Below, piece by piece: positions 37,240-46,582 of a stretch of DNA of 64,000 nt. Positions within the stretch are counted from its first letter, which is position 1. Each line of letters starts with the position of its first letter. Under the pieces are notes generated by a model. That model saw nothing but the letters and a program-made list of their open reading frames with translations, had not been told where the DNA came from and ran no database searches. Location of the stretch: NCBI RefSeq assembly GCF_003019035.1, contig NZ_CP027447.1; one strand, written 5' to 3'. The position numbers and the translations under genes are program-made. The stretch is from Escherichia coli. Lineage in GTDB: Bacteria > Pseudomonadota > Gammaproteobacteria > Enterobacterales > Enterobacteriaceae.

Positions 37240-37919
37240 CAGACCAGAATAAACACATTGAGAAACTGAAAAAGTTGCTGGCGCTGGCCGCATCCGGCAA
37301 CCCGCACGAGGCCGCTCTGGCACTGCGCCGAGCCCGTAAACTGATGGATGTTCACGGCATCACACATTCCGACATTGCTATGAGTGATATTGATGAAACC
37401 ATCAGTCATTACTGGCCGACAGGCAGTCTCCGTCCACCGCGCTACATGCTGGGCCTGATGAACATCATCCGCGAGGCATTTGGTGTTAACTCCATCATTC
37501 ACCCCGGCACGCATCCGTCTGTGGGGTTCTACGGTAACCGGGAACGAGCGGCACTGGCTGCGTACACCTGGGAAGTGCTGGTCCGCCAGCTGAAAAAGGC
37601 GCGTCAGCAGTATATCAGCGCACAGAACAAAAGAATAAAAAACGCCACCCGTACCAGCCGTGGAGACCAGTTTGCTGAAGGCTGGGTACTGGCCGTTATC
37701 AGTGAAATACAGTCCTTTGCCCTGACCGATGATGAGCGTGAACTGATGCAACAGTGGCTGGAACATAAATACCCGCAAACGCAAACCACCAGGGCGCGTA
37801 AACCGGGAAGAAGCCGCAATGGCGACGCCTCGCGCTATGCGGGGTTTCGTGAAGGGCAGAACGTCAGACTGCACCGCCCGGTCAGTGGGCAGGAACAACA
37901 GAAACTGGAGGCCAGATGA
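37236..37919 (+). CDS. Early protein with DUF2786-like N-terminal domain
   Basis: MTDQNKHIEKLKKLLALAASGNPHEAALALRRARKLM...; ATGA overlap with the upstream gene. Confidence 0.5.
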   Translation: MTDQNKHIEKLKKLLALAASGNPHEAALALRRARKLMDVHGITHSDIAMSDIDETISHYWPTGSLRPPRYMLGLMNIIREAFGVNSIIHPGTHPSVGFYGNRERAALAAYTWEVLVRQLKKARQQYISAQNKRIKNATRTSRGDQFAEGWVLAVISEIQSFALTDDERELMQQWLEHKYPQTQTTRARKPGRSRNGDASRYAGFREGQNVRLHRPVSGQEQQKLEAR

Positions 37920-38146
37920 TTACGCTATCAGGTAACAGCCGGAAATTAAAAGCCTGCCGAATATCTGCCAGATACCTTTTTGCCCGCGCCTTTTTTAAGA
38001 ACGTCAGGCCGGGGATCACAATTGGTGTTATTGCCGGACGCGAACAGGTTGAAAAATACATGTCAGGTGCATGGTGGGATAACGACCCTGTCATTGCTGC
38101 CCGTAATATTCATATCAGTTGGGGGGATATTCAGAATGACGGCTGA
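37916..38146 (+). CDS. Hypothetical protein
   Basis: 76-aa ORF, ATGA overlap with the upstream gene. Confidence 0.35.
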   Translation: MITLSGNSRKLKACRISARYLFARAFFKNVRPGITIGVIAGREQVEKYMSGAWWDNDPVIAARNIHISWGDIQNDG

Positions 38147-38351
38147 ATCTGTTGTATGTGCCCTGTTCTGGTATTGTTTTGTCGGTTGGTGTACTGCTGA
38201 ACTGCACCGCCGTTCAGGGTTTTATTCACGTTACAGTGGTGCCGGCTACTGGATTAGCTGGTCGGTGATGTTCCTGTGCTGGCCTGTGGCGCTTCCTTTA
38301 TATGTCGGTTATATCGGTGGCGCAGGTAAAAGGAGCAACGATGATGACTAA
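38136..38351 (+). CDS. Small membrane protein
   Basis: 71 aa from the ATG at 38136 after a G-rich RBS; two hydrophobic helices. Confidence 0.4.
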   Translation: MTAESVVCALFWYCFVGWCTAELHRRSGFYSRYSGAGYWISWSVMFLCWPVALPLYVGYIGGAGKRSNDDD

Positions 38352-38793
38352 ACAACGTCTTATCCAGCTCATTCATATTGCCCGTAATGAACTGGGTATG
38401 GATGAAGACACCTACCGCCAGATGTTACAGGGGCTGACCGGTAAAGCCTCAACCAAAGGAATGGATACCACACAACTAAACTGCGTGCTGGAATCCATGA
38501 AAAGGAAAGGCTTTCGCGTTAAGCCTGCCGGAAAAGCCAGCTCCGGTTTACCGCTGGATAACCATCCGCAGTCCAGGAAAATCCGTGCGCTATGGCTTGA
38601 AATGGCTGCTGCCGGCATTGTTCGTGACCGTTCAGAAAATGCATTAGCGCGGTGGATCAAGCGGGAAACGGGCATCAGCGCCCTGCGCTGGCTCAATACT
38701 GAACAGGCAAGCAGTGTTATTGAGAAACTGAAGAAGTGGCAGCACAGAGCTGCGGGAGTAAAACATGAGCGACCTGAATCAGTTTCGAAGTAA
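38341..38793 (+). CDS. GemA/gp16-like protein
   Basis: MMTKQRLIQLIHIARNELGMDEDTYRQMLQGLTGKAS... matches the GemA family pattern. Confidence 0.6.
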   Translation: MMTKQRLIQLIHIARNELGMDEDTYRQMLQGLTGKASTKGMDTTQLNCVLESMKRKGFRVKPAGKASSGLPLDNHPQSRKIRALWLEMAAAGIVRDRSENALARWIKRETGISALRWLNTEQASSVIEKLKKWQHRAAGVKHERPESVSK

Positions 38794-39163
38794 AGGGCCG
38801 GAACTCCTGGTGGAGCTGGCACAGCATACCTCTGAGACCGTTCGCGAGATTATTGATATTGAGCCCGCAATTGCCGACCAGATTGGTCAGGCCGTCGCGA
38901 ACCGAATGATGCAGGTCTGGGGCGGGCAAAACGTTTATTTCCCGATGGGCATGGTATGGAAGGTCAGTCAGCGCGACCGGGAAATCTTCAGGGAGTTTAA
39001 CGGACGCAACCACCACGAACTGGCCCGCAAGTTTGGTGTTTCGCTTCAGTGGGTCTACAGCGTGGTTAAGCGGGTCAGAAAAGAAGAACTGGATCGGATG
39101 CAGGGCAGGTTGTTTGATGAAGATCTGCCAGAGGAGACGAAAGACGTTAACAAATCCAGATAA
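38765..39163 (+). CDS. Mor/C-family transcription activator
   Basis: C-terminal GGQNVYFPMG...RDREIFREFNGRNHHELARKFGVSLQWVYSVVKR matches the Mor/C pattern (GGxxVYIPxG...FNGRN..EL...YGV...VY). Confidence 0.7.
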   Translation: MSDLNQFRSKGPELLVELAQHTSETVREIIDIEPAIADQIGQAVANRMMQVWGGQNVYFPMGMVWKVSQRDREIFREFNGRNHHELARKFGVSLQWVYSVVKRVRKEELDRMQGRLFDEDLPEETKDVNKSR

Positions 39164-39205
39164 TTCCTGCTTGTTAAAGTCCTTTCAAAAATCTCCTTAT
39201 TGTAT

Positions 39206-39240
39206 AAAAGCACGGTAGACCCCTTACCGTGCTTTTTTTA
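39206..39240 (+). terminator. Rho-independent terminator after the Mor-like gene
   Basis: GCACGGTA-gacccct-TACCGTGC followed by a run of seven T. Confidence 0.7.
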
Positions 39241-39277
39241 TGCTCTCTCTTTAGTATTCAGGATGCAGGGAGAAAAT

Positions 39278-39910
39278 ATGTTTGACGTTTCGTTGTTAAA
39301 TCTGCCATGGGCAACACTGGTGACCCTGACCAGTGGCTATATTGGGTATTTTATTGCGAATGTGGGACTGAAGGATCACCACAAGCCCATTGAGGTGACT
39401 TTTTCTTCGCTGATTTTTGGCCTGACAGCAATGATGGCTTACCAGGCTGTTATGTGGGCAGGTCTGAATGCCTGGCTGGCAACACCACCAGCACTTCTGT
39501 GTGCCGTTACATGCGGTGCGTGGTGGCGCAGGTACGGTCGCAAATGGATGTACAGATTACTGTGGAATAATGATATTTCATGGTCTGACGATACCAGCTC
39601 AGCATGGCAGGCAATGTTTGATCAAACAGGCTTCAGCGTTACCGAGGTCAGAGTGATTCTTCGCGATGGTTCCGGTATGATGTCACGGCTGCCAGGGAAC
39701 TTTGAAGAGTGGCCTAACGGTCCGTTTACCCTGGGGAATAAAGGCGATATGGTTCTTTACGTCACGCACAGCAGCCCTTCAGGCAGTAACGAATGGGAAG
39801 AGTATAAAGGCGTGGTTGATAAGTACTGGGGAGCTCTGGCAACCTATATTCCAGCAGATCAGATTGCCAGAGTGGAGATCAGGCGCGTTCGTGCAACGAA
39901 CGATGAATGA
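39278..39910 (+). CDS. Hypothetical membrane protein (3 predicted TM helices plus soluble C-terminal domain), terminal accessory gene
   Basis: 210 aa from the ATG at 39278 with RBS AGGGAG; follows a terminator; last gene before the prophage end. Confidence 0.55.
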   Translation: MFDVSLLNLPWATLVTLTSGYIGYFIANVGLKDHHKPIEVTFSSLIFGLTAMMAYQAVMWAGLNAWLATPPALLCAVTCGAWWRRYGRKWMYRLLWNNDISWSDDTSSAWQAMFDQTGFSVTEVRVILRDGSGMMSRLPGNFEEWPNGPFTLGNKGDMVLYVTHSSPSGSNEWEEYKGVVDKYWGALATYIPADQIARVEIRRVRATNDE

Positions 39911-40226
39911 TGTTTATTTTTTCCCTGGGGCAGGGGCTGCCGGCATAGTGGTTTTATTGGCAGAGGAAGACGATTCTCCTTTTCTACCGGAATCGCGCTC
40001 GAACGTCACGATGTGCTTGCTTTTGGGCTTTTCTGAGTAATCCAGGCTATCATGCTTATTGTTTTGAGTAGTCATTGGAATCATCCTTTTTGTTGCGGGT
40101 CATGTTTCAGCAAACTCGATTCTAAGTTGCCAGGAAGGATGATTTCAATGCCCGACTTATCTATCGTATAGCGGAAAAGAATTTCAGTTCTGTTCACCAG
40201 AACCCATGTTAACCCACTCCAATTCG

Positions 40227-40271
40227 TTATTTATCTCACGGATCCCCCTTCATTTATCTCATGTCTGATCA
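40227..40271. repeat. Left-end terminal inverted repeat with two putative transposase-binding motifs
   Basis: Reverse complement reads TGATCAGACATGAGATAAATG...CCGTGAGATAAAT, mirroring the right end. Confidence 0.55.
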
Positions 40272-40277
40272 AATCAA
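40272..40277. repeat. Target-site duplication, high-coordinate copy, (A)ATCAA
   Basis: AATCAA immediately after the CA terminus at 40271; identical to 2995..3000. Confidence 0.6.
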
Positions 40278-40435
40278 TAATCATCATGAATGTTTTGTTT
40301 ATAATTGGTTGATCCTACTTTCATTATGATTTGCTCATATTTGGTAGAACATGTAACCATGGATTCACATATGCCATATACTTTGACCATGAGGGATGCT
40401 TGCGTGGCGTTTCATGGTGAACAGGAGATTTTTCA

Positions 40436-40903
40436 ATGATTAAACGCGTATTGGTTGTTTCAATGGTAGGTCTGTCTCTTGTCGGTTGTGTTAATAACGA
40501 CACCCTGTCAGGGGATGTTTATACCGCTTCTGAAGCGAAACAAGTACAGAATGTCAGCTATGGCACCATCGTTAACGTACGTCCGGTACAGATTCAGGGC
40601 GGTGATGATTCCAACGTTATCGGTGCAATTGGCGGTGCTGTTCTTGGTGGTTTCCTGGGGAATACTGTTGGCGGCGGAACCGGGCGTTCTCTGGCTACTG
40701 CAGCAGGCGCTGTTGCAGGTGGCGTAGCCGGTCAGGGCGTACAGAGTGCAATGAACAAAACGCAGGGTGTCGAGCTGGAAATTCGTAAAGACGATGGTAA
40801 TACCATCATGGTGGTACAGAAACAAGGCAACACTCGTTTCTCTCCGGGCCAACGTGTCGTACTGGCCAGCAATGGCAGTCAGGTGACCGTTTCCCCGCGC
40901 TAA
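40436..40903 (+). CDS. slyB: Outer membrane lipoprotein SlyB
   Basis: 155 aa MIKRVLVVSMVGLSLVGCVNN... with lipobox and Gly-rich repeats. Confidence 0.9.
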   Translation: MIKRVLVVSMVGLSLVGCVNNDTLSGDVYTASEAKQVQNVSYGTIVNVRPVQIQGGDDSNVIGAIGGAVLGGFLGNTVGGGTGRSLATAAGAVAGGVAGQGVQSAMNKTQGVELEIRKDDGNTIMVVQKQGNTRFSPGQRVVLASNGSQVTVSPR

Positions 40904-40911
40904 ATAAGTTT

Positions 40912-40939
40912 GCGTGTGGTCAGGTTACTGACCACACGC
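40912..40939. terminator. Hairpin shared by convergent slyB and slyA
   Basis: GCGTGTGGTCAG-gtta-CTGACCACACGC, 12-bp perfect stem. Confidence 0.5.
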
Positions 40940-40949
40940 CCCCTTCATT

Positions 40950-41384
40950 TCACCCTTTGGCCTGTAACTCAATGATATTATGCTCAAGTTTTGCGATGAG
41001 CTTAATCAGTTGTTCCAGTTCCTCTGCGGAGATGCCATGTAAAATTTCCGCGCGGGTTTTGTTAATAACAGCTTCCATTTCGCTGATCAGCGGCTCTGCC
41101 TTTTCCGTCAGTTTAATACGTTTAGCCCGACGATCGCTGGCACAAGTTTGACGCGAAATTAACCCTTTTTCTTCCAGTTGGTCCAGAGTACGGACCAGTG
41201 ATGGCTGCTCGATGCCAATCGCTTTTGCCAGTTGAATTTGCGACTGGTCTGGAGGTAACTGATGGATATTGTGTAACGTAACCCAATGGGTTTGTGTTAA
41301 CTCCAGCGGTTTCAGGCGATGGTCTATCAGAGCACGCCATATGCGCACCAACCGTGCCAGATCAGAACCTAGTGGCGATTCCAA
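40950..41384 (-). CDS. slyA: MarR-family transcriptional regulator SlyA
   Basis: ...[33 protein letters not shown]...; start taken at the TTG with AAGGAG spacing (the track ORF starts two codons upstream at 41390). Confidence 0.85.
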
Positions 41385-41584
41385 TTTCATCTCCTTATAA
41401 TTAGCTTGCTAAGATATTATGCGGCTTTTAGAATAGTGTGCAGCAATTGTATTGCTAAAACAAATGTATTGCTGCATTTGGTTACCGTCAGACATATTTT
41501 TCAGAAATTGCGCGTAAATTTTTCGCACTTAAAGAATATTTATTAATCTAACGCAATATATTCGGTCGTAAAGGAATCTACTTT

Positions 41585-41821
41585 GTGAAGTTTATGCTCA
41601 ATGCAACAGGATTGCCCTTACAAGATCTGGTGTTCGGTGCGTCCGTATACTTTCCTCCGTTTTTCAAAGCCTTCGCGTTTGGATTCATCATCTGGCTTGT
41701 CGTACACCGCCTGCTTCGTGGCTGGATCTACGCCGGTGACATCTGGCATCCCTTGTTAATGGATTTATCGCTGTTTGCGATTTGCGTTTGCCTTGCCCTG
41801 GCAATACTGATTGCGTGGTAA
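41585..41821 (+). CDS. ydhI: Small inner membrane protein YdhI
   Basis: 78-aa hydrophobic ORF upstream of ydhJ. Confidence 0.8.
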   Translation: MKFMLNATGLPLQDLVFGASVYFPPFFKAFAFGFIIWLVVHRLLRGWIYAGDIWHPLLMDLSLFAICVCLALAILIAW

Positions 41822-41823
41822 CT

Positions 41824-42681
41824 ATGTCAATTAAAACAATTAAGTATTTCTCAACAATCATTGTAGCGGTAGTTGCGGTTCTTGCCGGATGGTGGCTGTG
41901 GAATTATTACATGCAATCTCCGTGGACACGCGACGGGAAAATACGCGCAGAACAGGTTTCTATCACCCCTCAGGTGTCGGGACGTATTGTTGAGCTGAAT
42001 ATAAAAGACAACCAACTGGTTAACGCGGGGGATCTTCTGCTCACGATCGATAAAACGCCCTTTCAGATCGCCGAGCTGAACGCACAGGCTCAGCTGGCGA
42101 AAGCGCAATCTGACCTCGCAAAAGCCAATAACGAAGCGAATCGTCGTCGTCATCTCTCACAAAATTTTATTTCTGCCGAAGAACTCGATACCGCTAACCT
42201 CAATGTTAAAGCGATGCAGGCCAGTGTTGATGCCGCACAGGCGACGCTGAAACAGGCACAATGGCAACTGGCGCAAACGGAAATTCGCGCCCCGGTGAGT
42301 GGATGGGTGACTAACCTCACTACCCGCATCGGCGATTACGCTGACACCGGGAAACCGCTGTTTGCCCTTGTCGACAGCCACTCGTTTTACGTCATTGGTT
42401 ATTTTGAAGAAACCAAGTTGCGCCATATCCGCGAAGGTGCACCAGCACAAATTACCCTCTATAGTGATAACAAAACGTTACAGGGTCACGTTTCCAGTAT
42501 CGGTCGGGCGATTTATGATCAGAGCGTTGAAAGTGACTCAAGCCTTATTCCGGATGTGAAACCTAACGTCCCCTGGGTTCGACTCGCCCAACGCGTTCCC
42601 GTCCGCTTTGCGCTGGATAAAGTCCCAGGCGATGTCACGCTGGTGTCGGGCACCACCTGTAGCATTGCCGTAGGTCAATAA
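41824..42681 (+). CDS. ydhJ: HlyD-family membrane fusion protein YdhJ
   Basis: Start at MSIKTIKYF... right after the ydhI stop; periplasmic coiled coil. Confidence 0.8.
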   Translation: MSIKTIKYFSTIIVAVVAVLAGWWLWNYYMQSPWTRDGKIRAEQVSITPQVSGRIVELNIKDNQLVNAGDLLLTIDKTPFQIAELNAQAQLAKAQSDLAKANNEANRRRHLSQNFISAEELDTANLNVKAMQASVDAAQATLKQAQWQLAQTEIRAPVSGWVTNLTTRIGDYADTGKPLFALVDSHSFYVIGYFEETKLRHIREGAPAQITLYSDNKTLQGHVSSIGRAIYDQSVESDSSLIPDVKPNVPWVRLAQRVPVRFALDKVPGDVTLVSGTTCSIAVGQ

Positions 42682-44693
42682 TGAACGCATCGTCATGGTC
42701 CTTGCGCAATTTGCCCTGGTTCAGGGCCACGCTGGCGCAATGGCGTTATGCGTTACGCAATACCATTGCCATGTGTCTGGCGCTGACGGTTGCCTATTAT
42801 TTGAATCTTGATGAACCCTATTGGGCGATGACCTCGGCTGCCGTGGTTAGCTTTCCCACCGTTGGCGGTGTCATCAGCAAAAGCCTCGGACGCATCGCTG
42901 GCAGTTTGCTCGGAGCCATTGCGGCACTGCTTCTTGCCGGACATACACTTAATGAGCCGTGGTTTTTTCTTTTGAGCATGGCGGCGTGGCTTGGCTTTTG
43001 TACCTGGGCCTGTGCGCACTTCACGAATAATGTCGCGTATGCATTTCAACTGGCGGGCTACACGGCTGCCATCATCGCCTTTCCGATGGTTAATATTACT
43101 GAGGCCAGCCAGCTGTGGGATATCGCTCAGGCGCGCGTTTGCGAGGTGATTGTCGGTATTTTGTGCGGCGGCATGATGATGATGATCCTGCCGAGCAGTT
43201 CCGATGCTACAGCCCTTTTAACCGCATTGAAAAACATGCACGCCCGATTGCTGGAACATGCCAGTTTACTCTGGCAGCCTGAAACAACCGATGCCATTCG
43301 TGCAGCACATGAAGGGGTGATTGGGCAGATACTGACCATGAATTTGCTCCGTATCCAGGCTTTCTGGAGCCACTATCGTTTTCGCCAGCAAAACGCGCGC
43401 CTTAATGCGCTGCTCCACCAGCAATTACGTATGACCAGTGTCATCTCCAGCCTGCGACGTATGTTGCTCAACTGGCCCTCACCGCCAGGTGCCACACGAG
43501 AAATTCTCGAACAGTTGCTGACGGCGCTCGCCAGTTCGCAAACAGATGTTTACACCGTCGCACGTATTATCGCCCCGCTACGCCCGACCAACGTCGCCGA
43601 CTATCGGCACGTCGCCTTCTGGCAGCGACTACGTTATTTTTGCCGCCTTTATCTGCAAAGTAGTCAGGAATTACATCGTCTGCAAAGCGGTGTAGATGAT
43701 CATACCAGACTCCCACGGACATCCGGCCTGGCTCGTCATACCGATAACGCCGAAGCTATGTGGAGCGGGCTGCGTACATTTTGTACGTTGATGATGATTG
43801 GCGCATGGAGTATTGCTTCGCAATGGGATGCCGGTGCCAATGCATTAACGCTGGCAGCAATTAGCTGCGTACTCTACTCCGCCGTCGCAGCACCGTTTAA
43901 GTCGTTGTCACTGCTGATGCGTACGCTGGTGTTACTTTCGCTATTCAGCTTTGTGGTCAAATTTGGCCTGATGGTCCAGATTTGCGATCTGTGGCAATTT
44001 TTACTGTTTCTCTTTCCACTGCTGGCGACGATGCAGCTTCTTAAATTGCAGATGCCCAAATTTGCCGCACTGTGGGGGCAACTGATTGTTTTTATGGGTT
44101 CGTTTATCGCTGTCACTAATCCCCCAGTGTATGATTTTGCTGATTTTCTTAACGATAATCTGGCAAAAATCGTTGGCGTTGCGCTGGCGTGGTTAGCGTT
44201 CGCCATTCTGCGTCCAGGATCGGATGCTCGTAAAAGTCGCCGTCATATTCGCGCGCTGCGCCGGGATTTTGTCGATCAACTAAGCCGCCATCCATCACTG
44301 AGTGAAAGCGAATTTGAATCGCTCACTTATCATCACGTCAGTCAGTTGAGTAACAGCCAGGATGCGATGGCTCGCCGTTGGTTATTACGCTGGGGTGTAG
44401 TGCTGCTGAACTGTTCTCATGTTGTCTGGCAATTGCGCGACTGGGAATCGCGTTCCGATCCGTTATCGCGAGTACGGGATAACTGTATTTCACTGTTGCG
44501 CGGAGTGATGAGTGAGCGTGGCGTTCAGCAAAAATCACTGGCGGCCACACTTGAAGAATTACAGCGAATTTGCGACAGCCTTGCCCGTCATCATCAACCT
44601 GCCGCCCGTGAGCTGGCGGCAATTGTCTGGCGGCTGTACTGCTCGCTTTCGCAACTTGAGCAAGCACCGCCGCAAGGTACGCTGGCCTCTTAA
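42681..44693 (+). CDS. ydhK: FUSC-family efflux/inner membrane protein YdhK
   Basis: 670 aa multi-TM protein. Confidence 0.8.
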   Translation: MNASSWSLRNLPWFRATLAQWRYALRNTIAMCLALTVAYYLNLDEPYWAMTSAAVVSFPTVGGVISKSLGRIAGSLLGAIAALLLAGHTLNEPWFFLLSMAAWLGFCTWACAHFTNNVAYAFQLAGYTAAIIAFPMVNITEASQLWDIAQARVCEVIVGILCGGMMMMILPSSSDATALLTALKNMHARLLEHASLLWQPETTDAIRAAHEGVIGQILTMNLLRIQAFWSHYRFRQQNARLNALLHQQLRMTSVISSLRRMLLNWPSPPGATREILEQLLTALASSQTDVYTVARIIAPLRPTNVADYRHVAFWQRLRYFCRLYLQSSQELHRLQSGVDDHTRLPRTSGLARHTDNAEAMWSGLRTFCTLMMIGAWSIASQWDAGANALTLAAISCVLYSAVAAPFKSLSLLMRTLVLLSLFSFVVKFGLMVQICDLWQFLLFLFPLLATMQLLKLQMPKFAALWGQLIVFMGSFIAVTNPPVYDFADFLNDNLAKIVGVALAWLAFAILRPGSDARKSRRHIRALRRDFVDQLSRHPSLSESEFESLTYHHVSQLSNSQDAMARRWLLRWGVVLLNCSHVVWQLRDWESRSDPLSRVRDNCISLLRGVMSERGVQQKSLAATLEELQRICDSLARHHQPAARELAAIVWRLYCSLSQLEQAPPQGTLAS

Positions 44694-45215
44694 TTACTTA
44701 ATTACACCACAGGCATAGCGTTCACCGCCACCGCCCAGCGGTTTAGGTTGATCGGACATATTATCCCCGCCAACGTGGACCATCAGCGCTTTGCCTTTGA
44801 TTTCATCCAGTGATTTCAGACGAGGCGCGATGACGGCATCGGTAGCTTTGCCATCATTATTGACGACCAGTGCAGGCAGATCGCCTAAATGCCCGGCACC
44901 TTCTGGCCCTTCATGTTTACCGGTATTTTGTGGATCAAGATGCCCGCCTGCGGATTCCGCGGCGCTGGCTTTGCCATCTTTGGTGGCTGGCTGGCAGCTT
45001 CCTTTGGCATGAATATGGAAGCCATGTTCACCGGGAGGTAATGCTTTCAGATCGGGTGAGAACTCCAGACCTTTATCGGTTTCAGTAATGGTAACGCTAC
45101 CAATTGACTGCCCAACCCCTTGCGACGTGACGAGGTTCATCTCGACTTTTTCACTGGCAGCTTGTGCGCCGGTCGCAACAACCAGCGCCAGAATGGCCAG
45201 ACTAAAACGTTTCAT
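44694..45215 (-). CDS. sodC: Periplasmic Cu/Zn superoxide dismutase
   Basis: 173 aa from MKRFSLAILALVVATGAQA (signal peptide); Cu/Zn SOD His-rich motifs. Confidence 0.9.
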   Translation of the reverse strand: MKRFSLAILALVVATGAQAASEKVEMNLVTSQGVGQSIGSVTITETDKGLEFSPDLKALPPGEHGFHIHAKGSCQPATKDGKASAAESAGGHLDPQNTGKHEGPEGAGHLGDLPALVVNNDGKATDAVIAPRLKSLDEIKGKALMVHVGGDNMSDQPKPLGGGGERYACGVIK

Positions 45216-45295
45216 AGGACCTCCGTTCATTGTGCATTCCTGAATAAGTGTAAACCAGTGACACATTTTTGAACGGCGGCTATTCCTAAAAGTGC

Positions 45296-46192
45296 TTACG
45301 GTACGTCGTAACCCAATGCCGCTTTACGGATACGGAACCATTGTTGACGGGTCATTTTCAGTGTTTCAGCTTCGACAGCTGCCCGTACGCGCTCAATTTT
45401 ACCTGAGCCGATAATTGGCAGCGGCTGCGACGGTAAACGTAATACCCAGGCGTAAACCACCTGTTCAATCGAGCCCGCGTTTAACTCCTCCGCCACCACA
45501 GCCAGTTCATCACGCAGCGGCTGGAAATAATCATCATTAAACAGACGACCACCACCAAGGCAGGACCACGCCATCGGACGAACACGCAGTTGTTGCAGTT
45601 GGTCGAGCGTGCCATCCAGCAGTAACGGCTGATGCACCGGGGATATTTCCACCTGATTAGTGGCAAGGGTAAACGGCAGGCGTGATTGCAACAGGGCAAA
45701 TTGCGCGGGCGTGAAGTTGGATACACCAAAATGGCGCACTTTGCCGCTCTGATGCAGATGTTTAAACGCGTCCGCCACTTCATCGGCATCCATTAACGGG
45801 TCTGGTCGGTGGATTAACAGCAGATCCAGATGATCGGTCGCGAGATTAATTAGCGACTGTTCGGCGCTCTTAATGATGTGATCGCGGTCAGTGATGTAAT
45901 GACCAATGACGTTTTCTTCACGCGCGGTCGTCGCGATACCGCATTTACTGACGATTTCCATCCGTTCACGCAGGTGAGGAGCCAGTTTCAGCGCCTCGCC
46001 AAACGCCGCTTCGCACTGATAGCCACCATAAATATCAGCATGGTCCACGGTGGTCACGCCGAGATCCAGATGCTCTTCAATAAAACTGACCAGCTGGCGG
46101 GCGGACATATTCCAGTCCATCAATCGCCAGTAGCCCATCACAAAACGGGAAAACTCCGGGCCTTGCGGCGCAATAGTAATACGCTGAACCAT
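45296..46192 (-). CDS. ydhF: Aldo-keto reductase family oxidoreductase YdhF
   Basis: 298 aa MVQRITIAPQGPEFSRFVMGYWRLMDW... Confidence 0.85.
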   Translation of the reverse strand: MVQRITIAPQGPEFSRFVMGYWRLMDWNMSARQLVSFIEEHLDLGVTTVDHADIYGGYQCEAAFGEALKLAPHLRERMEIVSKCGIATTAREENVIGHYITDRDHIIKSAEQSLINLATDHLDLLLIHRPDPLMDADEVADAFKHLHQSGKVRHFGVSNFTPAQFALLQSRLPFTLATNQVEISPVHQPLLLDGTLDQLQQLRVRPMAWSCLGGGRLFNDDYFQPLRDELAVVAEELNAGSIEQVVYAWVLRLPSQPLPIIGSGKIERVRAAVEAETLKMTRQQWFRIRKAALGYDVP

Positions 46193-46240
46193 AATCGCTT
46201 CCTCTTATCAGATATGAGAGGAGTATACGCAAGATTAGGC

Positions 46241-46480
46241 TCAAAAGAGTGATGGTTGCTCCGGTTCGTCTGATGACGCTGGCTTATTTGCGCGTAATTT
46301 GCGCATTAATCGCTGCCGACAAAGGCGCAGCACCTCTTGTTTTTCGCCATCGCTCATTTTATTCCAGTTAAAACGCTCATCCCGACTACGAAAACAGCCG
46401 CGACAAAACCCGCGTTCGTCAGACTGGCAAATTCCCCGGCACGGGCTCTGGACGGGAAAGAACTCTAATTGCTCCGCCAC
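46241..46480 (-). CDS. ydhL: DUF1289-family Cys-rich protein YdhL
   Basis: 79 aa from GTG (…AEQLEFFPVQSPCRGICQSD...); the track ORF is extended upstream. Confidence 0.7.
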   Translation of the reverse strand: MAEQLEFFPVQSPCRGICQSDERGFCRGCFRSRDERFNWNKMSDGEKQEVLRLCRQRLMRKLRANKPASSDEPEQPSLF

Positions 46481-46582
46481 TTCGCCCTCCTCAAATAAGA
46501 TTATTACCATTATTGAAGCTGTTAATGCCCAAAGTAGCAACTTTGCTTGCACTAGACCGACTGGTCTACTACACTCCAACGC

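Larger units (their letters stand above)
3001..40271. mobile_element. Mu-like transposable prophage (~37.3 kb), divergent early/late layout
   Basis: Contiguous phage gene set (DDE transposase, AAA+ transposition ATPase, Gam, GemA, Mor, Mu-order head and tail genes, invertase) bounded by TG...CA ends, inverted terminal motifs and a flanking direct repeat; backbone genes anmK and slyB resume on either side. Confidence 0.8.
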
